Source: an uncultured Nitrososphaeraceae archaeon | Lineage (GTDB): Archaea > Thermoproteota > Nitrososphaeria > Nitrososphaerales > Nitrososphaeraceae | Direction of reading: 5' to 3' | DNA: 64,000 bases | Assembly: GCA_963837175.1 (NCBI GenBank) | Contig: CAWIMJ010000047.1 | Coordinates: 88,619-152,618 of the forward strand | Shown here: positions 41,643 through 52,962 of the stretch, in pieces | Layout: each line of letters starts with the position of its first letter | How positions within the stretch are numbered: the first letter of the stretch is position 1 | Notes under the pieces: generated by a model | Databases searched by the model: none | Told to the model about the DNA's origin: nothing | Seen by the model: only the letters and a program-made list of their open reading frames with translations | Made by a program: the position numbers and the translations under genes

Positions 41643-42035
41643 ATGCCAGCATTAAATGTCTTATCAAATCTCTTTACAACTCTCTATAATAATGAGAGCC
41701 GGAGAAAAAAAGAATGTATTGTAATCCCAGCATCAAAATTTGCAAGCGAAATTCTACGCACTATGCAAAAACACCGATATATCGGAGAATTTGAACAGAT
41801 CGACGATGATAGGTCGGGTAAATTCAGAATCCAACTATTAGCCAAGATCAATAAATGCGGAATAATAACACCACGATTTAGTGTAAAAAACAATGAATAT
41901 TTGAATTGGGAGAGACAATATCTTCCAGCATATAGTATGGGCATTTTACTTGTATCGACAAGTAATGGAATAATGTCTCATCATGAGGCACAAAATCAAG
42001 CTTTAGGAGGAGTTCTCGTTGGCTACGTTTACTGA
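41643..42035 (+). CDS. rps8: 30S ribosomal protein S8
   Basis: YIGEFEQIDDDRSGK, STSNGIMSH, GGVLVGYVY. Confidence 0.96.
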   Translation: MPALNVLSNLFTTLYNNESRRKKECIVIPASKFASEILRTMQKHRYIGEFEQIDDDRSGKFRIQLLAKINKCGIITPRFSVKNNEYLNWERQYLPAYSMGILLVSTSNGIMSHHEAQNQALGGVLVGYVY

Positions 42036-42576
42036 TGAAGGAATTGCTGGCGATATAGAAGTACCAGAGAAAGTTAATGCGAGTAAGGAAAAAAACGTCG
42101 TAGTAATAAAAGGTAGACATGGCATAGTCAAAAAGGATTTTACAAAGTTACCAGCATATATTGATATAGAAGGAAACAAAATCCGTATAAAACCCTACGG
42201 AAGAAGAAAGAAAGACTTAGCTATTACAAACACGGCCAGAAGTATCATCAACAATATGATTAAGGGAGTAGAAAATGGATTTACATATAGGTTAAAGATA
42301 GTATTCGCTCATTTTCCGATATCTGTAAAGGTTAAGGGAAAAGAGATTCATGTAGAAAACTTTTTTGGAGAAAGATCTGCTAGAGTTTCTAAAATTATCG
42401 GCGAAGATACAAAAGTGAATGTTTTAGCAGAGGACGTTTTGGTTCAAGGACCTAGTCTAGAACATGTTTCTCAGACAGCTGCAAATATCGAATCGTCTAC
42501 AAAGATAAAAAATAAAGATCAAAGAGTATTTCTTGATGGTTTATATATCTATGCACGTGAAGAAGGATTAAAGTAA
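42019..42576 (+). CDS. rpl6: 50S ribosomal protein L6
   Basis: NMIKGV..GF, HFPI, KDQRVFLDGLYIY. Confidence 0.96.
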   Translation: MATFTDEGIAGDIEVPEKVNASKEKNVVVIKGRHGIVKKDFTKLPAYIDIEGNKIRIKPYGRRKKDLAITNTARSIINNMIKGVENGFTYRLKIVFAHFPISVKVKGKEIHVENFFGERSARVSKIIGEDTKVNVLAEDVLVQGPSLEHVSQTAANIESSTKIKNKDQRVFLDGLYIYAREEGLK

Positions 42577-42733
42577 ACGATATTTAAACAAATCTTTAGT
42601 TTGGTATTATTTTCTATTCTTTTCTGCCATCTAAAATTACATAAATTATAAAGCATGAAAGAGGTACATACGTAACTATCAAAAAAAATTTGAAGTAAAC
42701 ATTTATTTTGTGCTTGATTTTGCTCTATAGTGC

Positions 42734-42840
42734 GCCGCTGTAGCTCAGCATGGTAGAGCAAATCTGTAGCACGATATTTTGCTACGGAGCTTAGCTGGCT
42801 GTTAACCAGTGGGTAATCAGTTCGAGTCTGATCAGCGGCG
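42734..42840 (+). tRNA. tRNA-Asn(GTT) with 33-nt non-canonical intron at 27/28
   Basis: GCCGCTG/CAGCGGC+G73; removing 42762-42794 gives ACTGG-CTGTTAA-CCAGT; BHB helix GAGC/GCTT. Confidence 0.93.
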
Positions 42841-43014
42841 CTCTTTCTTTTTTAATGCAATAACAGCCATACGTTCTATGAAACAATAATAGATAGTTTA
42901 TTTCAGACTAATAAAATTAATTTGTAATTTTATGTGATGCGATTGAATCGAAATTAGAAGATCAATCTCAAAGCTGTTGATAATAAATTGACAAAGGTAT
43001 ATCTAAATTATTGA

Positions 43015-43377
43015 TTAGAACGTGATTATATCTAATGAAATTGCATCAGCGAGCAAATCAAGATGTTTATTTGCGACTACATAACCGTTCTTTATTTCGT
43101 TTGGAAAAATCCATCTATTTGAAGATGTAAACAGTCTTTCTTTTCGCATACGTGATTCAAGTTCTTCTACATCTAGCTCCTTCTCTTCAAATTGTTCTGT
43201 TTCTGTATATTTTATTGAGAGCAAAATCTTCTTAATTAGTACTCTTCGACCATATCTCTGCGAATAATCCCTCGTGTTCTCATCTATTTCAATTAGCTTT
43301 ATCTTTATCTGAACCTTGTTTAAGGCATCCCTGCTAGTAAGGAGCCGATCATCGACAAACCTGTCATAGCCATACAC
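43015..43377 (-). CDS. Conserved hypothetical protein
   Basis: 120-aa ORF with protein-like composition, co-oriented downstream of DUF35. Confidence 0.65.
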   Translation of the reverse strand: MYGYDRFVDDRLLTSRDALNKVQIKIKLIEIDENTRDYSQRYGRRVLIKKILLSIKYTETEQFEEKELDVEELESRMRKERLFTSSNRWIFPNEIKNGYVVANKHLDLLADAISLDIITF

Positions 43378-43407
43378 ATATTAAAGTCAACTAGTGAAGT
43401 ATATTAA

Positions 43408-43779
43408 TTAAGCCGTTCGTTCATTAATTCTTGTATCCGACGTCGGTACAAAATGATAATATGCTGAACCATCTTGAGTAATCCCACATCTAGTCATTCT
43501 TACCTGCATTCCTTCATATAACAATTCGCCTAAAATTGAGCCAATGATTCTAATGCCATCTAAATCAACAACACCAAATGTACCTGTATTATTTTTGACA
43601 TGCGAAGTAGTGAATTCAAGTACAGTGCCCCATGCCTCAAACTTCTTTAACTCCGTTCTTGCGAAGCAATTGGAACAAAAATAAGCAGCGGGCCAGATTT
43701 TTTTATTACATGAATTGCAGAAAGATATGCTGAATTCACCTTTGATAAGATTATCTAAGAATTCTTTTAATTTGATCAG
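43408..43779 (-). CDS. DUF35 Zn-ribbon/OB-fold thiolase partner; missing from ORF track, probable CTG start
   Basis: Manual translation (M)IKLKEFLDNLIKGEFSISFCNSCNKKIWPAAYFCSNCF...GTVLEFT...FGVVDLDGIRIIG (123 aa); CTG overlaps the thiolase TGA. Confidence 0.85.
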   Translation of the reverse strand: MIKLKEFLDNLIKGEFSISFCNSCNKKIWPAAYFCSNCFARTELKKFEAWGTVLEFTTSHVKNNTGTFGVVDLDGIRIIGSILGELLYEGMQVRMTRCGITQDGSAYYHFVPTSDTRINERTA

Positions 43780-44876
43780 ACACCTAATACCATTACGGTT
43801 GAAGATGTTCCCGCCGCGGCTAGATTATGAACCAGACCTATATCACATCTATCTACTTGTCTTTTTTCTGCTTTTCCTGAAAGTTGTGCAGCTATTTCAG
43901 CAGTCTGGGCTACACCCGTTGCACCAACTGGATGACCACAGCCAAGTATTCCACCCCGAGGATTAATAGCAATTTCTTTCTGGTTGACAAATTTTCCACC
44001 TTCTCCTTTGGCAACAAAACCCAGATCTTCGTAAGCTAATATTTCTAGAATACTAAAAGCATCATGTAATTCTACAACGTCAACTTGACTTGGAGTGACT
44101 TTAGCCATCTTGTATGCCGCTCTCGCTGCGATTTTTGCACTTTCTATTCCACACAGATCATCTGTCATTTTGCTAAAACTAACAGAATTTGTTTGCTGTC
44201 CTATTCCTTTTATCCAAACTGGAGTTTCTGTCAGTTTTTTGGCCTTATCTTCTGCTAAAAGCAATACGGCTGAAGATCCCTCGCATGAAAGTGAACAATC
44301 CAATAACTTCAGAGGGCTTACAATATATCTAGAGTGCATGACATCCTCTAAAGTCACCGCTTTGTCAAATAATGCATTTGGATTTTTTACGGCATTCATG
44401 TGATTTTTCACAGATATCATCGCCATCTGTTCTTCTGTGGTACCATAGTGACGCATATGGGCTTTGGCAAAAAGTGCAGCCCAATGTACTGGAGAGTTGA
44501 ATGATCCCCGCGATAAATCCCAAGTTAGTCTGTTTCCTGGACTATTGGCTTTTTCAGCACCGACGACCAGAACGGAATCACAGAGACCTGATGATATATA
44601 ACAAAACGCTGAAATCACTGCGTTTGTTCCAGAATTGCAAAGGTTGTCTATATGGTAAGAAATTTTTGGCTGGATACCAAGGTACTCGCAGAGTATGCTC
44701 GAACTGTACTGGTCTGCAGAGCAACTTGAAAAAACTACTGCATCTATATTATTCTTATATAATTTACTGGCTTTCAGAATGTCAATACAAGGCTGGCATG
44801 CTAATTCAAATAGAGATAAGTTGGAATCCTTTGCAAATTTTCCAGTCTCAGAAGAGATTATGGCCACTTTGCGCAC
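43776..44876 (-). CDS. Archaeal/SCP2-type thiolase (acetyl-CoA acetyltransferase); start probably GTG 44876
   Basis: DNLCNSG catalytic Cys, ELHDAF, GHPVGATG. Confidence 0.92.
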   Translation of the reverse strand: MRKVAIISSETGKFAKDSNLSLFELACQPCIDILKASKLYKNNIDAVVFSSCSADQYSSSILCEYLGIQPKISYHIDNLCNSGTNAVISAFCYISSGLCDSVLVVGAEKANSPGNRLTWDLSRGSFNSPVHWAALFAKAHMRHYGTTEEQMAMISVKNHMNAVKNPNALFDKAVTLEDVMHSRYIVSPLKLLDCSLSCEGSSAVLLLAEDKAKKLTETPVWIKGIGQQTNSVSFSKMTDDLCGIESAKIAARAAYKMAKVTPSQVDVVELHDAFSILEILAYEDLGFVAKGEGGKFVNQKEIAINPRGGILGCGHPVGATGVAQTAEIAAQLSGKAEKRQVDRCDIGLVHNLAAAGTSSTVMVLGV

Positions 44877-44877
44877 A

Positions 44878-45864
44878 TCAGAATGTCGAGAGCATTGTCC
44901 TAATTGAACTTTCTGCGTCACCTACAGGATTAATTTGAATAATTGGCAATGTGATACCACATGATAAAAATCGTTGTAACGATTTAATACAATCCTCACC
45001 TGTTCCCGAGATGGTTAGAGAATCTAGCATCTTGTCTGATACAATCTTAGCTGCTGCGTCTAATCCGTCCGATCTATACTTTGCAGTAATATAATTTACC
45101 TCATCATTAAATCCAGTTTGTGATAAGAATTTGTTATAATATCTTCCTACACATATATAAAATGCGAGTGTTTTCGCAGCCCGTTCTCGCGCCATTTGTG
45201 GATTCTTATTGGAAATCGCGCCTATAAAAACACAAGCAATTTCAAATTCTTTGTTATGGCTATATGCACTCGATTTTATAAATGAAACTATTTCTCTTAA
45301 CTCATCTATTGGTCGAAGATAAAGCAAGATTCCATCTGCTAATTCTGCTGCCAGGGATATCATTTTCTTATTAACTGCTGCCACGAAAATGGGTATGTTT
45401 TGTCTTTGTGGTTTGTAAAGTAACTTGAAATTCTTTACATTGAAAAATTTGCCTTTGTAATTTACTTCCTGTGCTCTTATCATAAGTTTTAAACATTCCA
45501 AGTATTCTCGCATTCTCGCAAGAGGCTGTTGGAATTTCAGGCCATGCCAATTTTCAACTATAGCAGATGTACTAGCACCAAGACCTATGATGGACCTATT
45601 GTTTGAAAGAAAATCTAATGTTGTTGCAGCCATTGCTACTGTTGCAGGTGTTCTCGCGTATATACTAATAATTGAGGTTCCCAATTTTACCTGCTCAGTA
45701 TTTTGAGACAACGCACCTAATGACGTAAAGGCTTCACGTCCCCATGATTCAGGAATCCAAAGGGAATCTACATTGCATTTTTTGTCTGCTAATTTAGAGC
45801 ATAAAAGAACATCATTCATAGATAGTAATGTACCCAGGTTATAGGCTATCCTATGACCTACCAT
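44878..45864 (-). CDS. LLM-class (luciferase/Mer-like, probably F420-dependent) oxidoreductase
   Basis: WIPESWGRE, KLGTSI..IYARTP, IGLGAS, AAELADG. Confidence 0.88.
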   Translation of the reverse strand: MVGHRIAYNLGTLLSMNDVLLCSKLADKKCNVDSLWIPESWGREAFTSLGALSQNTEQVKLGTSIISIYARTPATVAMAATTLDFLSNNRSIIGLGASTSAIVENWHGLKFQQPLARMREYLECLKLMIRAQEVNYKGKFFNVKNFKLLYKPQRQNIPIFVAAVNKKMISLAAELADGILLYLRPIDELREIVSFIKSSAYSHNKEFEIACVFIGAISNKNPQMARERAAKTLAFYICVGRYYNKFLSQTGFNDEVNYITAKYRSDGLDAAAKIVSDKMLDSLTISGTGEDCIKSLQRFLSCGITLPIIQINPVGDAESSIRTMLSTF

Positions 45865-46553
45865 CTTTCCATGCCAGCTACCTGGAGCTCTTTTTTAGCC
45901 TCCTCAATATCTTTATGTGAATCGATTGATCGCCAGAAGGAATTCTCGTATAATATCGCTTTTAATTTCTTTTCTTTCGCCATAAGGGGCAAAGCGGTAA
46001 CTTCAATGTTGCCATTTTCAGGTAAATATTTGAATACTTCCTTTGTGAAGTAATAAATACCTGCATTTATCCATCTGTCCTTGATTTGCGGTTTTTCCAC
46101 AAATCCCAAAACATCTGAATTCTTGTCTAACTCTACTACTCCAAATGGGCTCCTCAAAGGAACTACTGCTAAGGCTGCAGATCGGTCATTATGTAATCTA
46201 GTTGGATCTAGATTTGTTAGTATATCGCCATTTATCAAAAAAAATCCATTTTCCATAGAGTTATCCAAAAGACTTTCTGAATTTTTTAATGCACCGCCTG
46301 TCCCCAGCGGTTCCTCTTCAACAGCATAACCGACTTTAACTCCAAATTTACGGCCGCTGCCGATATAATTCATAATAAGTTCCTTAAGATAGCCGACGCA
46401 GATTATAATTTCATCGATCCCATATTTCTTGAACCATTTTATTTGCCATTCTATGATAGGGACATTTAGAACTTCGATCATTGGCTTTGGTCTTTCGTCT
46501 GTTAAAGGCCTTAGACGCTTTCCTAAACCACCAGCCAAAATAACAGCCTTCAT
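45858..46553 (-). CDS. NDP-sugar pyrophosphorylase-family nucleotidyltransferase
   Basis: ILAGGLGKRLRPLTDERPKPM, EPLGTGG, NGDI, EKP. Confidence 0.92.
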   Translation of the reverse strand: MKAVILAGGLGKRLRPLTDERPKPMIEVLNVPIIEWQIKWFKKYGIDEIIICVGYLKELIMNYIGSGRKFGVKVGYAVEEEPLGTGGALKNSESLLDNSMENGFFLINGDILTNLDPTRLHNDRSAALAVVPLRSPFGVVELDKNSDVLGFVEKPQIKDRWINAGIYYFTKEVFKYLPENGNIEVTALPLMAKEKKLKAILYENSFWRSIDSHKDIEEAKKELQVAGMERW

Positions 46554-46872
46554 TACTTTGCCAATCGCTTGATTTCTATAAAAAGTAACCTATGTTTCTA
46601 TAAGCATTAGTTTTTAAAGACTATTATATATAGCAGGATATTTTTGACTAGGTATTAGAACTGAATTGGCATATTACTAATAGGTTTAGCGTTCAAAGAA
46701 TAAGGATATGGTCCTATATCCTATTGGAGAAAAGAGGGAATAATTTCTATGGGCTCTATTCAACATTTATATAAGAATTCAACTTTGTGCTATGGAATAA
46801 GATTTTAGCAGATCGAGATCCCGTTAGATAAATATTTCTTTTTAAAAGATACTAGAGAGAAGTTTTTGTTTT

Positions 46873-48949
<2,077 letters not shown>

Positions 48950-49552
48950 TCAAGTTTTGAAAGATAGTTGACGAAGTTCTTTATAGAGAGTTGCCTTTGA
49001 AATACCAAGACTCTTTGCAATTTTTGTTCGAGGTTGGTTTTCTACAAGTAATTTGAGTAAATTATCCTTATCCAATTTTTTTCGCGGCCTTCCGATCCCT
49101 TTACCTCCCTCTTTTGCTCGCGCCATGCCGTCTTTTGTTCTCTGTACTAGCATCTCACGTTCCCTCTCAGCAACCCATGTAAGTATACCAATCATTAATT
49201 TTCGTATACTCGGCTCAGTAGTTTGAAGAAAAGATTCTCTGGGAGAGCATGAAATAAAGGGAGCGTGCTGTTCTATTGTTTTTATAGCATCAAGTGTATC
49301 CCAAAATGTCCTACCTACACGTGAAAGCTCATAAACTAGGACTGCATCAACTGGCGCTGTTTTTACTAGGTCAAGTAGCTCTCGGAACCCACAGCGATTA
49401 ATTGCTGGAACCTTGCCGCTAACTGCTGAATCTTCAAAAAAGTCAAGAATTTGAAAATCACGTTCCTTTGCCCATTTTTGCAAAGCTATTTTCTGATTGA
49501 GGATTGTTTGCTCATCCGTGCTTACCCGTAAGTATGCTAAAGCGTATTTCAC
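48950..49552 (-). CDS. Small serine recombinase (resolvase/invertase) with C-terminal HTH
   Basis: YLRVSTDEQ (catalytic Ser), SG...R..F, LSRVGR, ERE...RTKDG, GRP, 'IAKSLGISKATLYK'. Confidence 0.93.
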   Translation of the reverse strand: MKYALAYLRVSTDEQTILNQKIALQKWAKERDFQILDFFEDSAVSGKVPAINRCGFRELLDLVKTAPVDAVLVYELSRVGRTFWDTLDAIKTIEQHAPFISCSPRESFLQTTEPSIRKLMIGILTWVAEREREMLVQRTKDGMARAKEGGKGIGRPRKKLDKDNLLKLLVENQPRTKIAKSLGISKATLYKELRQLSFKT

Positions 49553-49565
49553 ATCGTAATTATAT

Positions 49566-49720
49566 GATATTGTTTAACTACGATATTGTCAAAAATATAC
49601 GATAAAGTGTTCAAAAAGGGTGTTGGCATTCAAGAACTAATAAAAGATCAACACTAAAACATAGGTAAAAAAAAGGTAGTAGTTTTCAGACTCACTAGAA
49701 ATGGGTCGTTTTCTAAACTC
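49566..49720. promoter_or_regulatory. Putative res/recombinase-binding region
   Basis: Repeated half-sites gatattgtttaa / gatattgtcaaaaa / gtgttcaaaaa, then roughly inverted gttttcagactc / gttttctaaactc, immediately upstream of the recombinase start. Confidence 0.45.
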
Positions 49721-49996
49721 TCGATCAGAAGTAATGGTACTGCGAATATCGTCATTAATGAATCAATGTCAGAGAATAATGCAAAAAGTGGCCACATCAT
49801 ACTACAATAACTTTTTTGCTATCGATAATTCAACTTTTTGTAGGGTAGTAGGCCCCCCCTTGATATGGTATTTCTGATAGTTATCGATAGAACGCTTTAT
49901 GCAAGAAAATTTCTAAATTCGAATTTTGAAATAATTCATTTATTGAAATGGATAAGGCTAAAAGGTTAATTACCAGTCTATAACATCCACCTTTCA

Positions 49997-50971
49997 ATGT
50001 CTGATTCTGACTTCTTAGCGGATGTTGCAGGAAGAATATTAAACAGAGGAGAAAATATTACATTTGATGAAGCCAGGCGGCTTCTTTCTACAGATGATAT
50101 ATTCTCCCTTGCATCTCACGCAAATAATATCACTAAGAAGTATAATGGAAACGCGATTGATGTGGAATCTTTAATAAATGCTAAGTCCGGAAGCTGTCCA
50201 GAAGATTGCTCTTTTTGTGCTCAGTCATCCTTCTACGAAAGTAGTATTACTAAATATCCTCTCTTACCAAAAGAGAGAGTATTAGAAAAGGCAAAGCTAG
50301 CAAAAGAAAACGGAGCATCAAGTTTTTGTCTTGTATGCGCATATAGATCTCCACCGGAAAAGGATTTTCATCAGATTTGTGAAACTATTCACGCAATCAA
50401 GAGTAATGTAAACATTGAAGTAAATGTATCGCTTGGATTTATGACCCCTCAAAGGGCCCGCAAGCTAAAGTCACTAGGTGTTAAACGTTACAATCATAAT
50501 TTAGAGACGTCAGAAAGTTATTTTTCTCAAATTTGTCGAACCCACGATTTTTATGATAGGATAAATACGGCAAGAATTGTGAAGGCAGAGGGTCTTGAAC
50601 TGTGTTGTGGAGGCATAATAGGAATGGGTGAAACTGCGATACAAAGAATAGAACTAGCATTTTCTATTGCTTCTCTTCGACCAGAAGAAGTTCCATTGAA
50701 TATTTTAATACCAAAACGAGGGACGCCTATTCAGAATTTACCATCGCTTCATCCTATAGAGATCATAAAAATGATTGCTATCTGGCGTTTTATTATTCCT
50801 AAAACAATTCTAAAGATCGCTGGAGGAAGAGAGGTTCACCTAAGAGATAATGAAGAATTCGCTTTAAAGGCAGGCGCAAACGGTATCATCACGGGCGGAT
50901 ATCTAACAACAACTGGAAACTATCCTGAAAAAGATATTTCGATGATAAGAAAGATTGGTCTCGACGTATAA
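49997..50971 (+). CDS. bioB: Biotin synthase
   Basis: CPEDCSFCAQS radical-SAM motif, YNHNLETS, CCGGIIGMGE, AGGRE. Confidence 0.96.
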   Translation: MSDSDFLADVAGRILNRGENITFDEARRLLSTDDIFSLASHANNITKKYNGNAIDVESLINAKSGSCPEDCSFCAQSSFYESSITKYPLLPKERVLEKAKLAKENGASSFCLVCAYRSPPEKDFHQICETIHAIKSNVNIEVNVSLGFMTPQRARKLKSLGVKRYNHNLETSESYFSQICRTHDFYDRINTARIVKAEGLELCCGGIIGMGETAIQRIELAFSIASLRPEEVPLNILIPKRGTPIQNLPSLHPIEIIKMIAIWRFIIPKTILKIAGGREVHLRDNEEFALKAGANGIITGGYLTTTGNYPEKDISMIRKIGLDV

Positions 50972-52121
50972 CTATTTAGAAAGAGAGCTAATAAAGCTTA
51001 AAAGTCAAAATTTTTATCGTACAATAAAGGCAGTTAAGGTTGACGGTTCCACAGCTATCGTCAATGGTAAAGAGGCAATTCATTTTTGTTCTAATGATTA
51101 TCTTGGATTGTCACGAAATAAAGAAGTGTTAAAAAAAGCAGTAAAAGGACTCAGACAGATATCCCAATGTAGTTCACGGCTGATCGCAGGAAATGATCCC
51201 AAATTCATCGAACTAGAAGAGCAATTTTCCAAACACCGTGGAACTGAATCTTCATTAGTTTTTCCCACAGGATATATGGCAAATCTTGGAGCGATTACGG
51301 CTCTTGCTGACAAGAATTCAACAATATTTAGCGATGAACTAAATCATGCAAGCATAATCGATGCCTGTAGATTAAGTTGTGCAAAGATTAAGGTGTTTGG
51401 ACATAATGATAGTGAATGTCTTCGGAGGTTGATGCAACATTGTGATGGAAAAAAAATTGTTATAACCGAAGGAATATTTAGTGTAAATGGAGATATATCA
51501 CAGCTACAGGAAATATGCAATGTTGCTAAAAGTAATAATGCTATAACAGTAGTTGATGATGCGCATGGGGACTTTATCCTCGGTTCATCGCATTCATTCT
51601 CTGGAACAACCTGGCATCTTGGTGTAAATAACATGATCGATATCCATATCAGCAGTTTGAGTAAAGCTTTGGGCTGCTTTGGTGGATATGTTGCTACGTC
51701 CAGAACAATTAGAGAGATATTGATTAACAAATCCCGCCAGTTTATTTATACCTCTGCTTTACCGGAACATCTATGTGTATCGGCACTATCATCAATTCCT
51801 CTGGCTAAGAAGGGTAATTTGCAAAAGCGGCTAGTTGATAATATCGAGGTCTTTTCTCAAGGACTAAAAAAAATTGGTTTTTTAATAGGAAATTCGACTA
51901 CTCAAATATTTCCAATTGTAATTGGAAATGAGAAATTAGCCATGGAATTCTCTGATGAATTACTCAAAGAGAATGTTTTTGCTCAACCTATTAGATACCC
52001 TACAGTTAAAAAAGGATCAGCATGTATTAGAATTTCTCTTACTTCATTGCATAAGAAAAATCAACTTGTCCATTCATTAAATATTTTGGAGAAAATTGGG
52101 AAGAAATACAATGTTATTTAA
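50955..52121 (+). CDS. bioF: 8-amino-7-oxononanoate synthase
   Basis: SNDYLGL, NHASIIDACRL, DDAHG, SLSKALG, IRYPTV. Confidence 0.93.
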   Translation: MVSTYNYLERELIKLKSQNFYRTIKAVKVDGSTAIVNGKEAIHFCSNDYLGLSRNKEVLKKAVKGLRQISQCSSRLIAGNDPKFIELEEQFSKHRGTESSLVFPTGYMANLGAITALADKNSTIFSDELNHASIIDACRLSCAKIKVFGHNDSECLRRLMQHCDGKKIVITEGIFSVNGDISQLQEICNVAKSNNAITVVDDAHGDFILGSSHSFSGTTWHLGVNNMIDIHISSLSKALGCFGGYVATSRTIREILINKSRQFIYTSALPEHLCVSALSSIPLAKKGNLQKRLVDNIEVFSQGLKKIGFLIGNSTTQIFPIVIGNEKLAMEFSDELLKENVFAQPIRYPTVKKGSACIRISLTSLHKKNQLVHSLNILEKIGKKYNVI

Positions 52122-52533
52122 ATTACTATTTGAAAGATGAATAATTCCTTCCATGTTCCCAAGATAAGATCATAAAGATATCGATGTTTTTTCCTCTTTC
52201 TATTCTTGACGTTAATAAATAACAAGTTCAAGATCTACTCTAAAGAGAGTTTTTGCAACGAATTTGGCCTATATCTAAATTTCAATAATTCGAAAGCTAA
52301 TACAATCAGCAATTAGGAGAAGTTTAGGTCGTCCTGATAAATATTATAACATTCTTGTTGCGATATAGTTTCACAAAGAGCGAGATACAAGATTCTTGTA
52401 GTTTTAATATCTAATATTGTTGTTTATTGCTTCTTATTTTATAATAATAATGCTTGCTTTAGCTAACGGTCGTCTGAACTAGACTTATAAGGCTGTAAAG
52501 GAAAAATTCTCTGAGTAGTTATTTTGCAGGATT

Positions 52534-52938
52534 ATGTTCTTTTATATTTCAAAACTCGAATTTAGAAATACATTGAATAATGACTACAAGAATATATTTA
52601 GTGTGAAAGTAAACGAATTTATCTTTAGAGTAAAATTAACAAGCGAGCAGAGCAAAGAAATGCATTCATATCTTGAATATCTAACGCCTGAAATGATCCT
52701 ATTTGGATTAAGGTTCGCATATAGTCGAAATATCGCAATAGCAGGTGGATATCTAATGCCCGGGAGAAAGAGCATAGTAAAACTAGAAACACATATGTTA
52801 AGTTATGACCAAGCAAGATGGAGATTAAAGAATTGGAAATCTATGATTAGAAATTACAAACAGAAGGGATATAGTTATCCTACAATTTCGAGGATAAAAA
52901 AAGAAGTTAGAAAAATCATTGCATCAAGAGAGATATAG
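52534..52938 (+). CDS. Conserved hypothetical basic protein; true start probably downstream
   Basis: Basic ORF with HTH-like C-terminus 'KGYSYPTISRI'; convergent with the ESCRT-III gene. Confidence 0.6.
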   Translation: MFFYISKLEFRNTLNNDYKNIFSVKVNEFIFRVKLTSEQSKEMHSYLEYLTPEMILFGLRFAYSRNIAIAGGYLMPGRKSIVKLETHMLSYDQARWRLKNWKSMIRNYKQKGYSYPTISRIKKEVRKIIASREI

Positions 52939-52962
52939 GATAGATGGATTATTTAATTATTC

